64,000 nucleotides of DNA from Oscillospiraceae bacterium. GTDB lineage: Bacteria > Bacillota > Clostridia > Oscillospirales > Oscillospiraceae. The notes below the pieces were generated by a model. That model searched no databases, had not been told where the DNA came from, and saw only the letters and a program-made list of their open reading frames with translations. Positions 35,858 to 44,912 of the stretch are shown here, piece after piece. Within the stretch, counting starts at the first letter, position 1; each line of letters opens with the position of its first letter. A program made the translations under genes and the position numbers. The stretch covers positions 1,790 to 65,789 of the forward strand of contig JAZUPH010000073.1 in assembly GCA_045605145.1 (NCBI GenBank), given 5' to 3'.

Positions 35858-36790
35858 TTAATTGCTCTGGCCTTCAAGCTGCTCTATAAGCTCCTCTATC
35901 TCATCGCCGTACTGCTCTATCAGTTCTTCTCCATGCTCCTCAAGGTAGTTCACGATATCATCGCCGTACTGCTCTATCAGTTCCTCGCCATGCTCCTGTA
36001 TGTAATCTTCGATGGCTTCGCCGTACTGCTCGAAATAGTCTTCACCGTGTTCTTCGACCATTTCTTCCACAGATGAGTAGTCGCCGCGAATGATTTCAAA
36101 CATATCGATGCCCAGTTCACGCTTTATCAATCCGAAGACACTGACGATCACAAGGGCCGTCACCAGAACCTGGATGAGGAACATTACGATAAGGGAGCGG
36201 GCCCAGTTGCGCCGACCGATCTTGCGGCAGCCGCCCAAAGCCCAGATAAGAAGCACGATCACATTGACCACAGGAATGGCCATAAGGAAATAGTTGGCCA
36301 CATAGCCAAAGGTTTTGACCGGCTCATACTTGGTGCCGCGTACAGCCTGCTTTGCTGCTTCGTTGGCGGCACGCTTATTGGCGCGCTTTTCTTTATGGGT
36401 CAGCGGGGCAGCGGGTGCCGGTTCAGGTGCGACTTCGGGTGCTGCAGCGCCCTCATCTGCCACCGGTACAGGCTGTTCCACCGGCTGATATACAGGCGGC
36501 TGCCACTGGGGCACCTGCGGCTCAGGCTCGGCAGGATAGGCATACACAGGGGGATAAACCTGAACAATGGGCAACTCTTCCGACACGGGTGCGGCTACAT
36601 ACACAGGCTCTTTCACTGCAGGTGCTTCGATCACAGGCTCGGCCACGGAAGCAAAAACCGGCGCAGGCTCTTCCACCGGCTCGGGATCGGGTGCAGGCTG
36701 GGCTACCGTAAACGGTGTGCCGCAGACTGTGCAGAACTTAAAGTTTTCCGGCATCATACTGCCGCAAACGGGGCAACGCTTTTCATCCAT
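35858..36790 (-). CDS. zinc-ribbon / Pro-rich / 2-TM protein with acidic C-terminal repeats
   Basis: 310 aa. N-terminal CPVCG..FCTVCG, a PVxxPA-type linker, two TM helices, and C-terminal EEHGEELIEQYGD.I repeats. Confidence 0.7.
   Translation of the reverse strand: MDEKRCPVCGSMMPENFKFCTVCGTPFTVAQPAPDPEPVEEPAPVFASVAEPVIEAPAVKEPVYVAAPVSEELPIVQVYPPVYAYPAEPEPQVPQWQPPVYQPVEQPVPVADEGAAAPEVAPEPAPAAPLTHKEKRANKRAANEAAKQAVRGTKYEPVKTFGYVANYFLMAIPVVNVIVLLIWALGGCRKIGRRNWARSLIVMFLIQVLVTALVIVSVFGLIKRELGIDMFEIIRGDYSSVEEMVEEHGEDYFEQYGEAIEDYIQEHGEELIEQYGDDIVNYLEEHGEELIEQYGDEIEELIEQLEGQSN
35903..36073 (-). repeat. 3 imperfect tandem copies of a 57-bp (19-aa) coding repeat
   Basis: ATCGCCGTACTGCTCTATCAG recurs at 35903 and 35960, with a degenerate copy at 36017. 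It encodes EHGE(E/D)(L/Y)(I/F)EQYG.... Confidence 0.85.
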
Positions 36791-36912
36791 AACAGATCCT
36801 CTTTTCCAATGATATATGTTAACGCGGAGGTATTCTTGATCTTTTCGGATTCAGTATAGCATGATCGGAAATGCTTTTCCACCCCGAAAAATGCAAAATA
36901 CAAAATTATATA

Positions 36913-36942
36913 GAAATATCCCCCGTCGCCGGGGGATATTTC
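36913..36942 (-). terminator. hairpin downstream of the 397-aa hypothetical gene
   Basis: 12-bp stem GAAATATCCCCC/GGGGGATATTTC starting 10 nt after the stop at 36953. T-rich on both sides. Confidence 0.6.
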
Positions 36943-36952
36943 GTTTCTTTCG

Positions 36953-38146
36953 TCAGGCAACCAGCATATCGGCGATATACCAGCTTGCGTTATCCACCCC
37001 GTCATTAGTAAGGTCAAGGTAGACAAAATAGAAGATATTATCCAGATCGTCAACCACGAGGGCACCAGTGCTTTCCACCTGCACGGTGCGCTCCATATAA
37101 ACGCGGCAGACAAAGCAGATGTCGCTATATCTGGTATACTCCACTATCTGCTCATTCTCATAGCCGATCAAAGTATGACGGTCGATGTAGCGTCTGTCAA
37201 AATTGGACGCCTCAACCTGTTCATAAAGCAGAGAGCCCTCAATAAGGACAGTCTGGATCTCGTAAAGCTCAGCGTCGCGCAGGGAATAGTTTGCCCACAG
37301 CTTAGCCGTCTCAATAGCCATAAGCTCCAGTTCCTCCGGCATGGACGAGGGAGTATAGCGGGCTTCCAGTACAACTTCCGGGGCGGAGGGATCAAACTCC
37401 ACGCTGGCACCAAGGTTATCGATAATCTCCGTCTCCGGCTCATTAAGCAGGCCCTCTATGGTATAGGTGACCATTCCGGGCATATCAACATAGTCCACGA
37501 TATACGCAAAATCTTCAATAGCTACAACTTCACCGCTCATATGGCTTTCGTCCAGCTGGATACCGTTGACAGTAACGACAAAGCCCTCGGGTACAGTGTA
37601 GCTGCGGCTGAAGCTGTCGTAAGTGAAATCAACCTGACCACCGTTATAAAGCCAATCGGTAATGGTCAGAAGGCCGAGACGAACCTCCTCCTCACCGGCG
37701 GTGATGGAGAATGTACCGACCTTGCCGCCGTCGGCATAGAGATTGTAGTCGTAATTCTTGGCGTCGTAACCGGCCTGCTGTCTGCAGGTGAGTTCAGCCG
37801 CCGCAAGAGTCTCATACTTTGCGGTAAACACTCCGTCAGCATCGTCAAACTGTGTTCCCACGGGGCCTTCCGCACTAAGCAGCGTCTTAAGCTCCTCGGC
37901 ATCGGCCGCGTTGAGCTGTGCCATAACCTCGTCAACCTTCAAGGACAGCTGAGAGTTTTCATACATAATAAAACTCTCATTACAATAATCGAGGAAGCTC
38001 TTGGCCCCATAGCCAAGACCCGCAAGCAGCAGTGCGTAAAACAGGATGAAGATAATTGCGCTCGATCGCCGTGACCACTTGAGGAAGGGGTTATCGATCT
38101 TTTGCAGATACTGTTTCCAGCTGTCTCTTTTCTTTACTCTGGCCAT
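36953..38146 (-). CDS. hypothetical N-terminally membrane-anchored protein (397 aa)
   Basis: Start at MARVKKRD (ATG 38146) behind AGAGGTGA. One TM (IIFILFYALLLAGLGYG) then a large extracytoplasmic part. No family recognised. Confidence 0.6.
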   Translation of the reverse strand: MARVKKRDSWKQYLQKIDNPFLKWSRRSSAIIFILFYALLLAGLGYGAKSFLDYCNESFIMYENSQLSLKVDEVMAQLNAADAEELKTLLSAEGPVGTQFDDADGVFTAKYETLAAAELTCRQQAGYDAKNYDYNLYADGGKVGTFSITAGEEEVRLGLLTITDWLYNGGQVDFTYDSFSRSYTVPEGFVVTVNGIQLDESHMSGEVVAIEDFAYIVDYVDMPGMVTYTIEGLLNEPETEIIDNLGASVEFDPSAPEVVLEARYTPSSMPEELELMAIETAKLWANYSLRDAELYEIQTVLIEGSLLYEQVEASNFDRRYIDRHTLIGYENEQIVEYTRYSDICFVCRVYMERTVQVESTGALVVDDLDNIFYFVYLDLTNDGVDNASWYIADMLVA

Positions 38147-38151
38147 TACCC

Positions 38152-39357
38152 TCACCTCTTCTCGATCACGAACGCCGTGGGCAGTTTGTAAGAACTGTTG
38201 GCGTAGTAAAGTGTGGTACTGGTCATAAGATACTCGCCGTCATAGTACATGGCAGAGGAACTGCCGCCGTCAAGGTTGGCAGCATTTATCGCACCATACT
38301 CCATCATAATGTTGATAAGATCCTCAGCCGTTGCGCCAAGGTGCCCGTTGGCACCGCGGCCATCGGTAACAAGGAGAAGCACGGCACCGTCGGCCCGCTG
38401 ACCGATGGCGGTACGGGGATTGGCACCGCTGCCCATGCCGCTGGTCTCACGGGGCTCACCATTGATAACAAGGGTGACAAAATGGGCATTATTAACTCCG
38501 TTATGGTCGGGGAACACGACCGCGTCGCGGAGATTATACTCAGCCACCAGATTCTTCATATGGCCCAGGCCGCCGTTACCCGTGGGAATGATGCGCAGCA
38601 CATTGTCATAGTCAAAACCGATTATGTACAAGCCCTCATAAGCGCCGCCGTTATAAACGATAACACCGTCAGAGACAGCAAGATTCAGCGGGGTATATTC
38701 CACCTGATCATAAAGTCCGCCGTTAATGCCGCCGATAGCATCGGCATCGGTAACCAGGCCCTCAAGGTCGCGCTTGTCCCACCAATTGGGATATGTGGTG
38801 GCCACCGTAACGCGGGACGGGTCATTGACGATCATCAAAGTGGCATCAAAGGTGCGGCCGTGTATCTCGATTATCTCGATGCCGTTGATGTCAAACTCTT
38901 CCGCGCCGGCTTCTTCACCGCTGTCCTCCACTGTCGTTTCGGTTGCGGCAATGGTGATAAGGCTTTCATCAATGGTGGTATCCATCGCCACAAGCGCATT
39001 GCGATTGAGCACTTCCTCAATCTCCTGTTCGGTCATAATCAGCCCCGCCGTCCATTTAAGGGCGCCGGTCTCGAGGATGGTGGTGGCAAATAGCTCACGC
39101 GTGGCCTCACTGGGGCCGTGGCAGGCCAGATCCAGCATGGCATAGAGAGTGAGCGCAACCGCAACCACTATAGTCAGCAGCACCAGAAGCACCCGGCCGA
39201 TATGCTTAAAAATCGTCCTTCTGATGAGCCTTCCATAGCTTACGGGTTTGGTAGTCTCGTTATTTTCCGCTGTGTTGACGTTCTTTTCGTCTGTCACTTG
39301 ATTCACCTCATGTTGTCTAATGGCAACACTGCCTAAAATAGAATTATAGCACAACAT
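38152..39357 (-). CDS. phosphodiester glycosidase family protein (DUF2233/NAGPA-like), membrane anchored
   Basis: GINGGLY, PRTAIGQRADG..LLLVTDGR and NLDGGSSS motifs. Alternative GTG start at 39297 behind GAGGTGA. Confidence 0.75.
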   Translation of the reverse strand: MLCYNSILGSVAIRQHEVNQVTDEKNVNTAENNETTKPVSYGRLIRRTIFKHIGRVLLVLLTIVVAVALTLYAMLDLACHGPSEATRELFATTILETGALKWTAGLIMTEQEIEEVLNRNALVAMDTTIDESLITIAATETTVEDSGEEAGAEEFDINGIEIIEIHGRTFDATLMIVNDPSRVTVATTYPNWWDKRDLEGLVTDADAIGGINGGLYDQVEYTPLNLAVSDGVIVYNGGAYEGLYIIGFDYDNVLRIIPTGNGGLGHMKNLVAEYNLRDAVVFPDHNGVNNAHFVTLVINGEPRETSGMGSGANPRTAIGQRADGAVLLLVTDGRGANGHLGATAEDLINIMMEYGAINAANLDGGSSSAMYYDGEYLMTSTTLYYANSSYKLPTAFVIEKR

Positions 39358-39669
39358 ATGCCTTAAAGCAACAGAATATTACGCATTTTCAGCAAATATC
39401 ATTACCTATTCACAGGATGTATCTGCCATCACCTGCGCGTTCGGTAAACGTTGCACCGTAGGAGCAGATGCTCTGACGATGCAAGGCCGGATATAAACAG
39501 TCAATAGAAACCCAGGAATTTCCCCATATCGGCAGTGTTATTCTTTTGGCGATTGTGATATTGTATCAATGGCATGAGGAACTTTCCCGATGTTAAACAA
39601 TTCTTAAGATTGCGCCCGCTTTTTTCTTAAATTCGATTTTGCTATCATACAGCCATGGAGGGTAAATGT

Positions 39670-40362
39670 ATGTACAATATTCTTGTTTGTGACGACGAAA
39701 ACGACATCCGGGCCGCACTGGGTATATACCTGTCGGGTGAAGGCTACAAGGTCTATGAGGCCTCAGATGGCTGGCAAGCACTGGACATTCTCAAAGACAC
39801 CGAGGTGCAGCTTATCCTGCTGGATGTGATGATGCCCGGCATGGACGGCATCACCGCCCTGCGGGAGATACGCAAAAAGTGCAACGCGCCGGTAATACTG
39901 CTGACGGCGAAAAGCGAGGAGACGGATATGGTGCTGGGTCTCACCCTGGGGGCAGATGACTACATCACCAAACCTTATCGCCCACTGGAGCTTATCGCCC
40001 GGGTGAAGGCCCAGCTGCGCCGCTATGCCAGTCTGGGAGGGATGGAGGCAAAGCCCGATAGCCTGACAGCAGGCGGCATATGCCTTGACGACCGCGCCAA
40101 AGCTGTAACGCTCCACGGCGAGCCTGTGTCACTGACACCGACGGAATATGACATACTCAAGCTGCTGATGGAGAACCCGGGCAGGGTATTTTCCACGGCG
40201 CAGATATACCGCACCGTATGGAACGAAGAACCGCTGGGGGCCGACGGCGCCGTGGCGGTACATATCCGGCATCTGCGGGAAAAGCTCGAGGCCGATCCCT
40301 CCAACCCGCGCTACATTAAGGTGGTCTGGGGGAAGGGCTACCGATTGGAGGAAAATGTATGA
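39670..40362 (+). CDS. OmpR-family response regulator
   Basis: Start at MYNILVCDDE (ATG 39670) 7 nt after GGAGGG. Receiver domain plus winged-helix (RYIKVVWGKGYRL). Confidence 0.9.
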   Translation: MYNILVCDDENDIRAALGIYLSGEGYKVYEASDGWQALDILKDTEVQLILLDVMMPGMDGITALREIRKKCNAPVILLTAKSEETDMVLGLTLGADDYITKPYRPLELIARVKAQLRRYASLGGMEAKPDSLTAGGICLDDRAKAVTLHGEPVSLTPTEYDILKLLMENPGRVFSTAQIYRTVWNEEPLGADGAVAVHIRHLREKLEADPSNPRYIKVVWGKGYRLEENV

Positions 40363-42464
40363 AAGCAATTAAATTTTTTAAATGCAGCCTGTTTATGCGC
40401 ACATTGGCGCTGATACTGCTGTGCTGCACGGTGCTGGGCTGCTTTTTGTCCCTTGTGGGCTTCATTTACTGCTTTGAAAGTGGAGAATGGCACAGCAATG
40501 AGCCACCGGCATTCACCGACAGCGGCATGGCCGACAGCGACATATACAGCGCCATGCGGCAGATAGAACAGTACGAGTGTTTTGACAGTCTTCTGCAGAT
40601 GAAAGCGGAGGGCAGAAACTATGCCCTGTACTTCTCCGACAATCTGGGCATCACCATTAAGGAAGCCGCAAGCGGCGCAGTGATCTACAGTCGCGTTGGC
40701 GAGGGTTACATCGAGGTGGTGGTGGACGAGCCTTTCCAGATGTGCACAGATCGCGCCAGCCGCTGCTGGGTCTACGGCTGGACAGACAACCGGTATGACC
40801 AGGAGACGAACAGTTACATCCGTTATTATTACGATGATGTTAGCGGCGAGATGGTCTCATTCCCCGAGGATTTTGAGCCCAGCTTCACCGCCGTGACCAT
40901 GACCGGCTACATCCGCTGGCCTGCGGATATGTATTCTGAGGTTTGGTTCGCCTATCAGCTTTATCAGGTGCTGGCGGCAACATACAAATTCCTGCTGCCG
41001 CTGTGCATTGGCTGCGCCGTGGCAAGCCTTCTGCTGCTGGCATTCTTACTGTGGTCGGCAGGCTGGAAAAAGGGTGACGAGAAGCCCACCCTGCATTTCT
41101 GGCACCGCATCCCGCTGGAGGCGCACGCCGCCCTTTGGATATTCGTTGTCTGTTTTGCCGTGGCCGCCAACGATTATTGGTACTACGGCAGCGATTACAT
41201 AACCCTGCTGTGCGTAAGCGTTTTCGTTGTCGTTATCACCTTTGCGGCGGCAATGTTCCTGATGACCGTGGCTGCCCGCATCCGCTGCCGCGCACTGTGG
41301 AGCAGCACCGCCGTGGCGTGGTGCTTAAGAATGGTCGCCCGCTTCTTCCGCGCCCTGCCCAGCACATGGAAATATGTGGTGGCTTACGGCGGATTTATGC
41401 TTATTAACCTCTTTTTCGGCGCACTGGGGATCGGCAACCTGGGCTATGGCGGGGAGGTCGTCTGCTGTATGCTCTTCCTGGCTGATATAGCCGTTCTCGG
41501 CATCGTGGTGTGGTACGCGCTGCAGCTTAAAGCCATCCGCCAAGGGGCAAGGGCATTGGCAATGGGCAACATCAATTACAAGATCGACACCCGAAATATG
41601 TGGCCCACTTTCCGCCGTCAGGCCAATGATCTGAACAGTATCGCCCTGGGCATGAGCCGCGCCGTTGACGCCCGTGTGAAAAGCGAGCATTTCAAGACCG
41701 ACCTTATAACCAATGTGAGCCATGATCTCAAAACGCCTCTGACCAACATCGTCAGCTATGTTGATTTGCTGCGCAGAGCCGCGCCGGGATCCGAGGAGCA
41801 GGAAAAATATCTTGATGTGCTTGACCGGCAGGCGGTGAAGCTGAAAAAGCTGACGGAGGATCTTATCGACGCATCCAAAGCCGCCAGCGGATCTGTCAGC
41901 GTGAACCGCGAGATGCTGGACGCAGGAGAACTCCTGCGGCAGAGCGCGGGCGAATGGACGGAGCGGCTGGAAAAGAGCGGGGTTACACTGGTATTGAAAA
42001 TCCCCGACAGTCCGGTCATGGTGCCGGCCGACGGCAGACTGATATGGAGGGTGTTCGACAATCTGCTGAGCAACATTTCAAAATATTCCCTTACCGGCAC
42101 AAGGGCGTACATCGACCTGTCCCCCACCCCCACAGGCACTGCTATTGTGTTCCGCAACATCTCACGGGAGCAGCTGGGCGTACCCGCGGCACAGCTGATG
42201 GAGCGCTTTGTGCGGGGCGATGCGTCCCGTCACAGTGAGGGCAGCGGTCTGGGCCTGTCCATCGCGGCCAGCCTGACCCAGCTTATGGGCGGCCGGCTGG
42301 ATCTGAGCTGTGAGGGTGATCTGTTCCGGGCGGTGGTAACACTGCCGCCGGCAGCACCCGTGGCCGTGGAGAAAGAAAATGCAGCGCATACAGAGGGAGA
42401 AAAGGCAAAAGAACGCCCTAACTTCGCAGAAAACAGCACTACAGAACCCGAACAGCATGAATAG
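40359..42464 (+). CDS. sensor histidine kinase with a ~430-aa multi-TM N-terminal region
   Basis: ATGA overlap with the regulator gene. HAMP-like segment, H-box SHDLKTPLTNI, N/G boxes (NLLSNISKYS, GSGLGLSIA). Confidence 0.88.
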   Translation: MKAIKFFKCSLFMRTLALILLCCTVLGCFLSLVGFIYCFESGEWHSNEPPAFTDSGMADSDIYSAMRQIEQYECFDSLLQMKAEGRNYALYFSDNLGITIKEAASGAVIYSRVGEGYIEVVVDEPFQMCTDRASRCWVYGWTDNRYDQETNSYIRYYYDDVSGEMVSFPEDFEPSFTAVTMTGYIRWPADMYSEVWFAYQLYQVLAATYKFLLPLCIGCAVASLLLLAFLLWSAGWKKGDEKPTLHFWHRIPLEAHAALWIFVVCFAVAANDYWYYGSDYITLLCVSVFVVVITFAAAMFLMTVAARIRCRALWSSTAVAWCLRMVARFFRALPSTWKYVVAYGGFMLINLFFGALGIGNLGYGGEVVCCMLFLADIAVLGIVVWYALQLKAIRQGARALAMGNINYKIDTRNMWPTFRRQANDLNSIALGMSRAVDARVKSEHFKTDLITNVSHDLKTPLTNIVSYVDLLRRAAPGSEEQEKYLDVLDRQAVKLKKLTEDLIDASKAASGSVSVNREMLDAGELLRQSAGEWTERLEKSGVTLVLKIPDSPVMVPADGRLIWRVFDNLLSNISKYSLTGTRAYIDLSPTPTGTAIVFRNISREQLGVPAAQLMERFVRGDASRHSEGSGLGLSIAASLTQLMGGRLDLSCEGDLFRAVVTLPPAAPVAVEKENAAHTEGEKAKERPNFAENSTTEPEQHE

Positions 42465-42481
42465 ATGTTGTTCTCTAAAAC

Positions 42482-42525
42482 AGCATTGTGCCGCACTTGA
42501 TTTAGTGCGGCACAATGTTTTCTGA
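42482..42525. terminator. bidirectional terminator
   Basis: 13-bp stem CATTGTGCCGCAC/GTGCGGCACAATG flanked by AAAACAG and TTTTCTG. Confidence 0.85.
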
Positions 42526-42607
42526 AGAATGCAAAACAAGGCAACCCCTTCGACTTCGCTATGCGAAGCACCCCCCTTGTGTAAGGTAAGGCTTGAAGGG
42601 CGCATTC

Positions 42608-43045
42608 TTACTGAAGATACTGCTTCATGCGCTCGATATTGTTTCGCTCGGCTGTGAGAAAGCGCTCGGACAGTCTGCGAGTGTCAGGGGCCGCGTTGGG
42701 GTAGCCGTTCATGATCTTGGTAATGTTGATGATGCCCATGTTGCTGCCGTTTATCATGATCTCAGCAATGTGGGATGCGGTCGTGTCCCACATGGTCTCC
42801 ATCTCCACACCCATCTTCATGCCTAGTTTTGACATCATGCCCGGCTCTTTCACCCGGGCGCCCAGCTTTTCAAGGCACTTCTCCGCCTCGTCGCTGATGC
42901 GCTTATACTCAGTTCTGTGCTGCATGAGATCTTCCTTAAGGCCAGGATTTACCACCTGATCCAGTACGTCCTCAACGCTCTGGCTGCCGGTCTGGGCGCT
43001 TTTGTAAATATCCTGCAGGACGGTTACTTCGGTGCTGTGTTCCAT
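42608..43045 (-). CDS. hypothetical helical-bundle protein (DUF2383/CotF-like pattern, uncertain)
   Basis: 145 aa, RBS AGGAGGAAC. Predicted all-helical. Family assignment rests on weak pattern memory only. Confidence 0.55.
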   Translation of the reverse strand: MEHSTEVTVLQDIYKSAQTGSQSVEDVLDQVVNPGLKEDLMQHRTEYKRISDEAEKCLEKLGARVKEPGMMSKLGMKMGVEMETMWDTTASHIAEIMINGSNMGIINITKIMNGYPNAAPDTRRLSERFLTAERNNIERMKQYLQ

Positions 43046-43144
43046 TTGTTCCTCCTATGCGGGCACAAATTGTTCAATGCCCGTTGTCTTCACTCTTAGT
43101 CTGTGATAAAATGCAGCTATTATCAAAAGTGGAGGAAATTTTCT

Positions 43145-44074
43145 TTGGAATGGATCGAAGCCGCCATCAACACAAAGCCCAATGAGCTAAACGCACTGTG
43201 CAGCCGGCTTGAGGCACTGGGCGTGGACAGCTATGTGATTGAGGACGAGGATACATACAAAACCTTTCTTGAAGAGAACAGAAAATTCTGGGACTATGTG
43301 GATGAGGATCTGTTTGACTCATGGCAGGGCCTGTGCCGGGTGAAATTCTACTTTGCCGCCGACGAAGACGGCCGCCGCAGCCTGAGCCAGCTTCGAGCCT
43401 GCCTTGGCGGGACGGAAATACTCACCGCTCTGGTCGCCGATGAGGACTGGGAGAACAACTGGAAGCAGTATTACCGCCCCATAGAGATCGGTGAGGGACT
43501 TTTGATCGTCCCCCAATGGGAAGAGACACCGGAGACAAATGGACGCACGGTCCTGCTGCTGGATCCAGGTCTGGCTTTCGGCACCGGCTCACACCCCACC
43601 ACATCCATGTGCCTTGAGGCTATGCAGGACATCGACCTTAAAGGGCAACAGGTGCTGGACCTTGGCTGCGGCAGCGGCATACTGGGCATCGCCGCCGTCC
43701 TTCTGGGCGCGGACTGCTCCACCGGATGTGACATTGACCCGAAAAGCCCGGAGATCGCAGTGCAGAACGCGGCACTCAACGGCATCGGAACCGACCGGTT
43801 CAAAGTCTTTTGCGGCGACGTGCTGGATGAGCGCGGTCTGGGCGGCCGCCTGACCCCAAAGGGTTATAAACTGGTGCTTGCCAACATCGTTGCCGATGTT
43901 ATAATCGCCCTTGCCCCCGCGGCGAAAAGGTTTGTAGCCGAGGATGGACACTTCATTTGCTCCGGCATTATTGACGGGCGCGAGGCAGAGGTCATTGCGG
44001 CGCTGAATGCGGCGGGATTTGCTGTTGAGCGCCACTGCCGCAAGGAAAACTGGAGCGCATTTATCTGCAGATAA
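43145..44074 (+). CDS. prmA: ribosomal protein L11 methyltransferase
   Basis: TTG start 8 nt after GGAGGA gives (M)EWIEAAI... LDPGLAFGTGSHPTT and LDLGCGSGILG motifs. Confidence 0.88.
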   Translation: MEWIEAAINTKPNELNALCSRLEALGVDSYVIEDEDTYKTFLEENRKFWDYVDEDLFDSWQGLCRVKFYFAADEDGRRSLSQLRACLGGTEILTALVADEDWENNWKQYYRPIEIGEGLLIVPQWEETPETNGRTVLLLDPGLAFGTGSHPTTSMCLEAMQDIDLKGQQVLDLGCGSGILGIAAVLLGADCSTGCDIDPKSPEIAVQNAALNGIGTDRFKVFCGDVLDERGLGGRLTPKGYKLVLANIVADVIIALAPAAKRFVAEDGHFICSGIIDGREAEVIAALNAAGFAVERHCRKENWSAFICR

Positions 44075-44089
44075 AAAGGAGTTTAATCT

Positions 44090-44833
44090 ATGGAAAACAA
44101 CCTCAGAGCAATCGTACTTGCCGCAGGCAAAGGCTCCCGCTTTGTCACCGAGGGTGAAGCGCTGCCCAAGGTCATGCGCCGCGCACTGGGAAAGCCTGTA
44201 CTCAGCTATGTCCTTTCGGCCCTGGACTTCATTCCCAAAGAGAACATCACGCTTGTAGTCGGCTACCTGCGGGAGAAGGTCACCGAGGCATTCCCCCAGT
44301 ATCCTTACGCCGTGCAGGCTGAGCAGCTTGGCACAGGCCATGCCGCACTCAGCGCACGCGCCGCGCTGGAGGATTATGACGGCGATGTGCTTATCGCGGC
44401 TGGCGATATGCCCCTTATCGGGCAGGAAACCTATCTTTCTCTGGTTAAGACGCACCGGGAAAGCGGCAACGACTGCACAGTTCTCACCGGCTACATGGAC
44501 GATCCCGGCTCTTTCGGCCGCGTACTGAGAAAAGCCGATGGCAGCTTTGACCGCATCGTTGAGGCCCGGGACTGTACCGCCCAACAGTACGCAATCAAAG
44601 AAGTCAACTCCGCCATTTATGTGTTCAAGGCATCCCGGCTCCTCCCTGCCCTGCTGGCGCTGAAAAATGAGAATGCCCAGAGTGAGTATTACCTTACCGA
44701 CGCCCCGGACATCATTCTTTCATGGGGCGGCAAGGTGGGCATCTCTGATGCCTGGCGCACAGAGGATATGACCGGAGTCAACACGCCCAAAGATCTTGCA
44801 GCGGTGGAAGCCGCATTGACCGCACGGGGATAA
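44090..44833 (+). CDS. sugar-phosphate nucleotidyltransferase (GlmU N-terminal-domain-like, no acetyltransferase domain)
   Basis: 247 aa. AIVLAAGKGSRF signature. RBS AAAGGAG. Confidence 0.75.
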   Translation: MENNLRAIVLAAGKGSRFVTEGEALPKVMRRALGKPVLSYVLSALDFIPKENITLVVGYLREKVTEAFPQYPYAVQAEQLGTGHAALSARAALEDYDGDVLIAAGDMPLIGQETYLSLVKTHRESGNDCTVLTGYMDDPGSFGRVLRKADGSFDRIVEARDCTAQQYAIKEVNSAIYVFKASRLLPALLALKNENAQSEYYLTDAPDIILSWGGKVGISDAWRTEDMTGVNTPKDLAAVEAALTARG

Positions 44834-44865
44834 TACGGCTGCGCACACTAAGAATCAGACAAACA

Positions 44866-44903
44866 AAAGACCCGGACACTGATGTGTCCGGGTCTTGTTT
44901 CAT
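44866..44903. terminator. bidirectional terminator
   Basis: Stem AAGACCCGGACAC/GTGTCCGGGTCTT followed by GTTTCATTT. Confidence 0.85.
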
Positions 44904-44912
44904 TTGTTCGGA

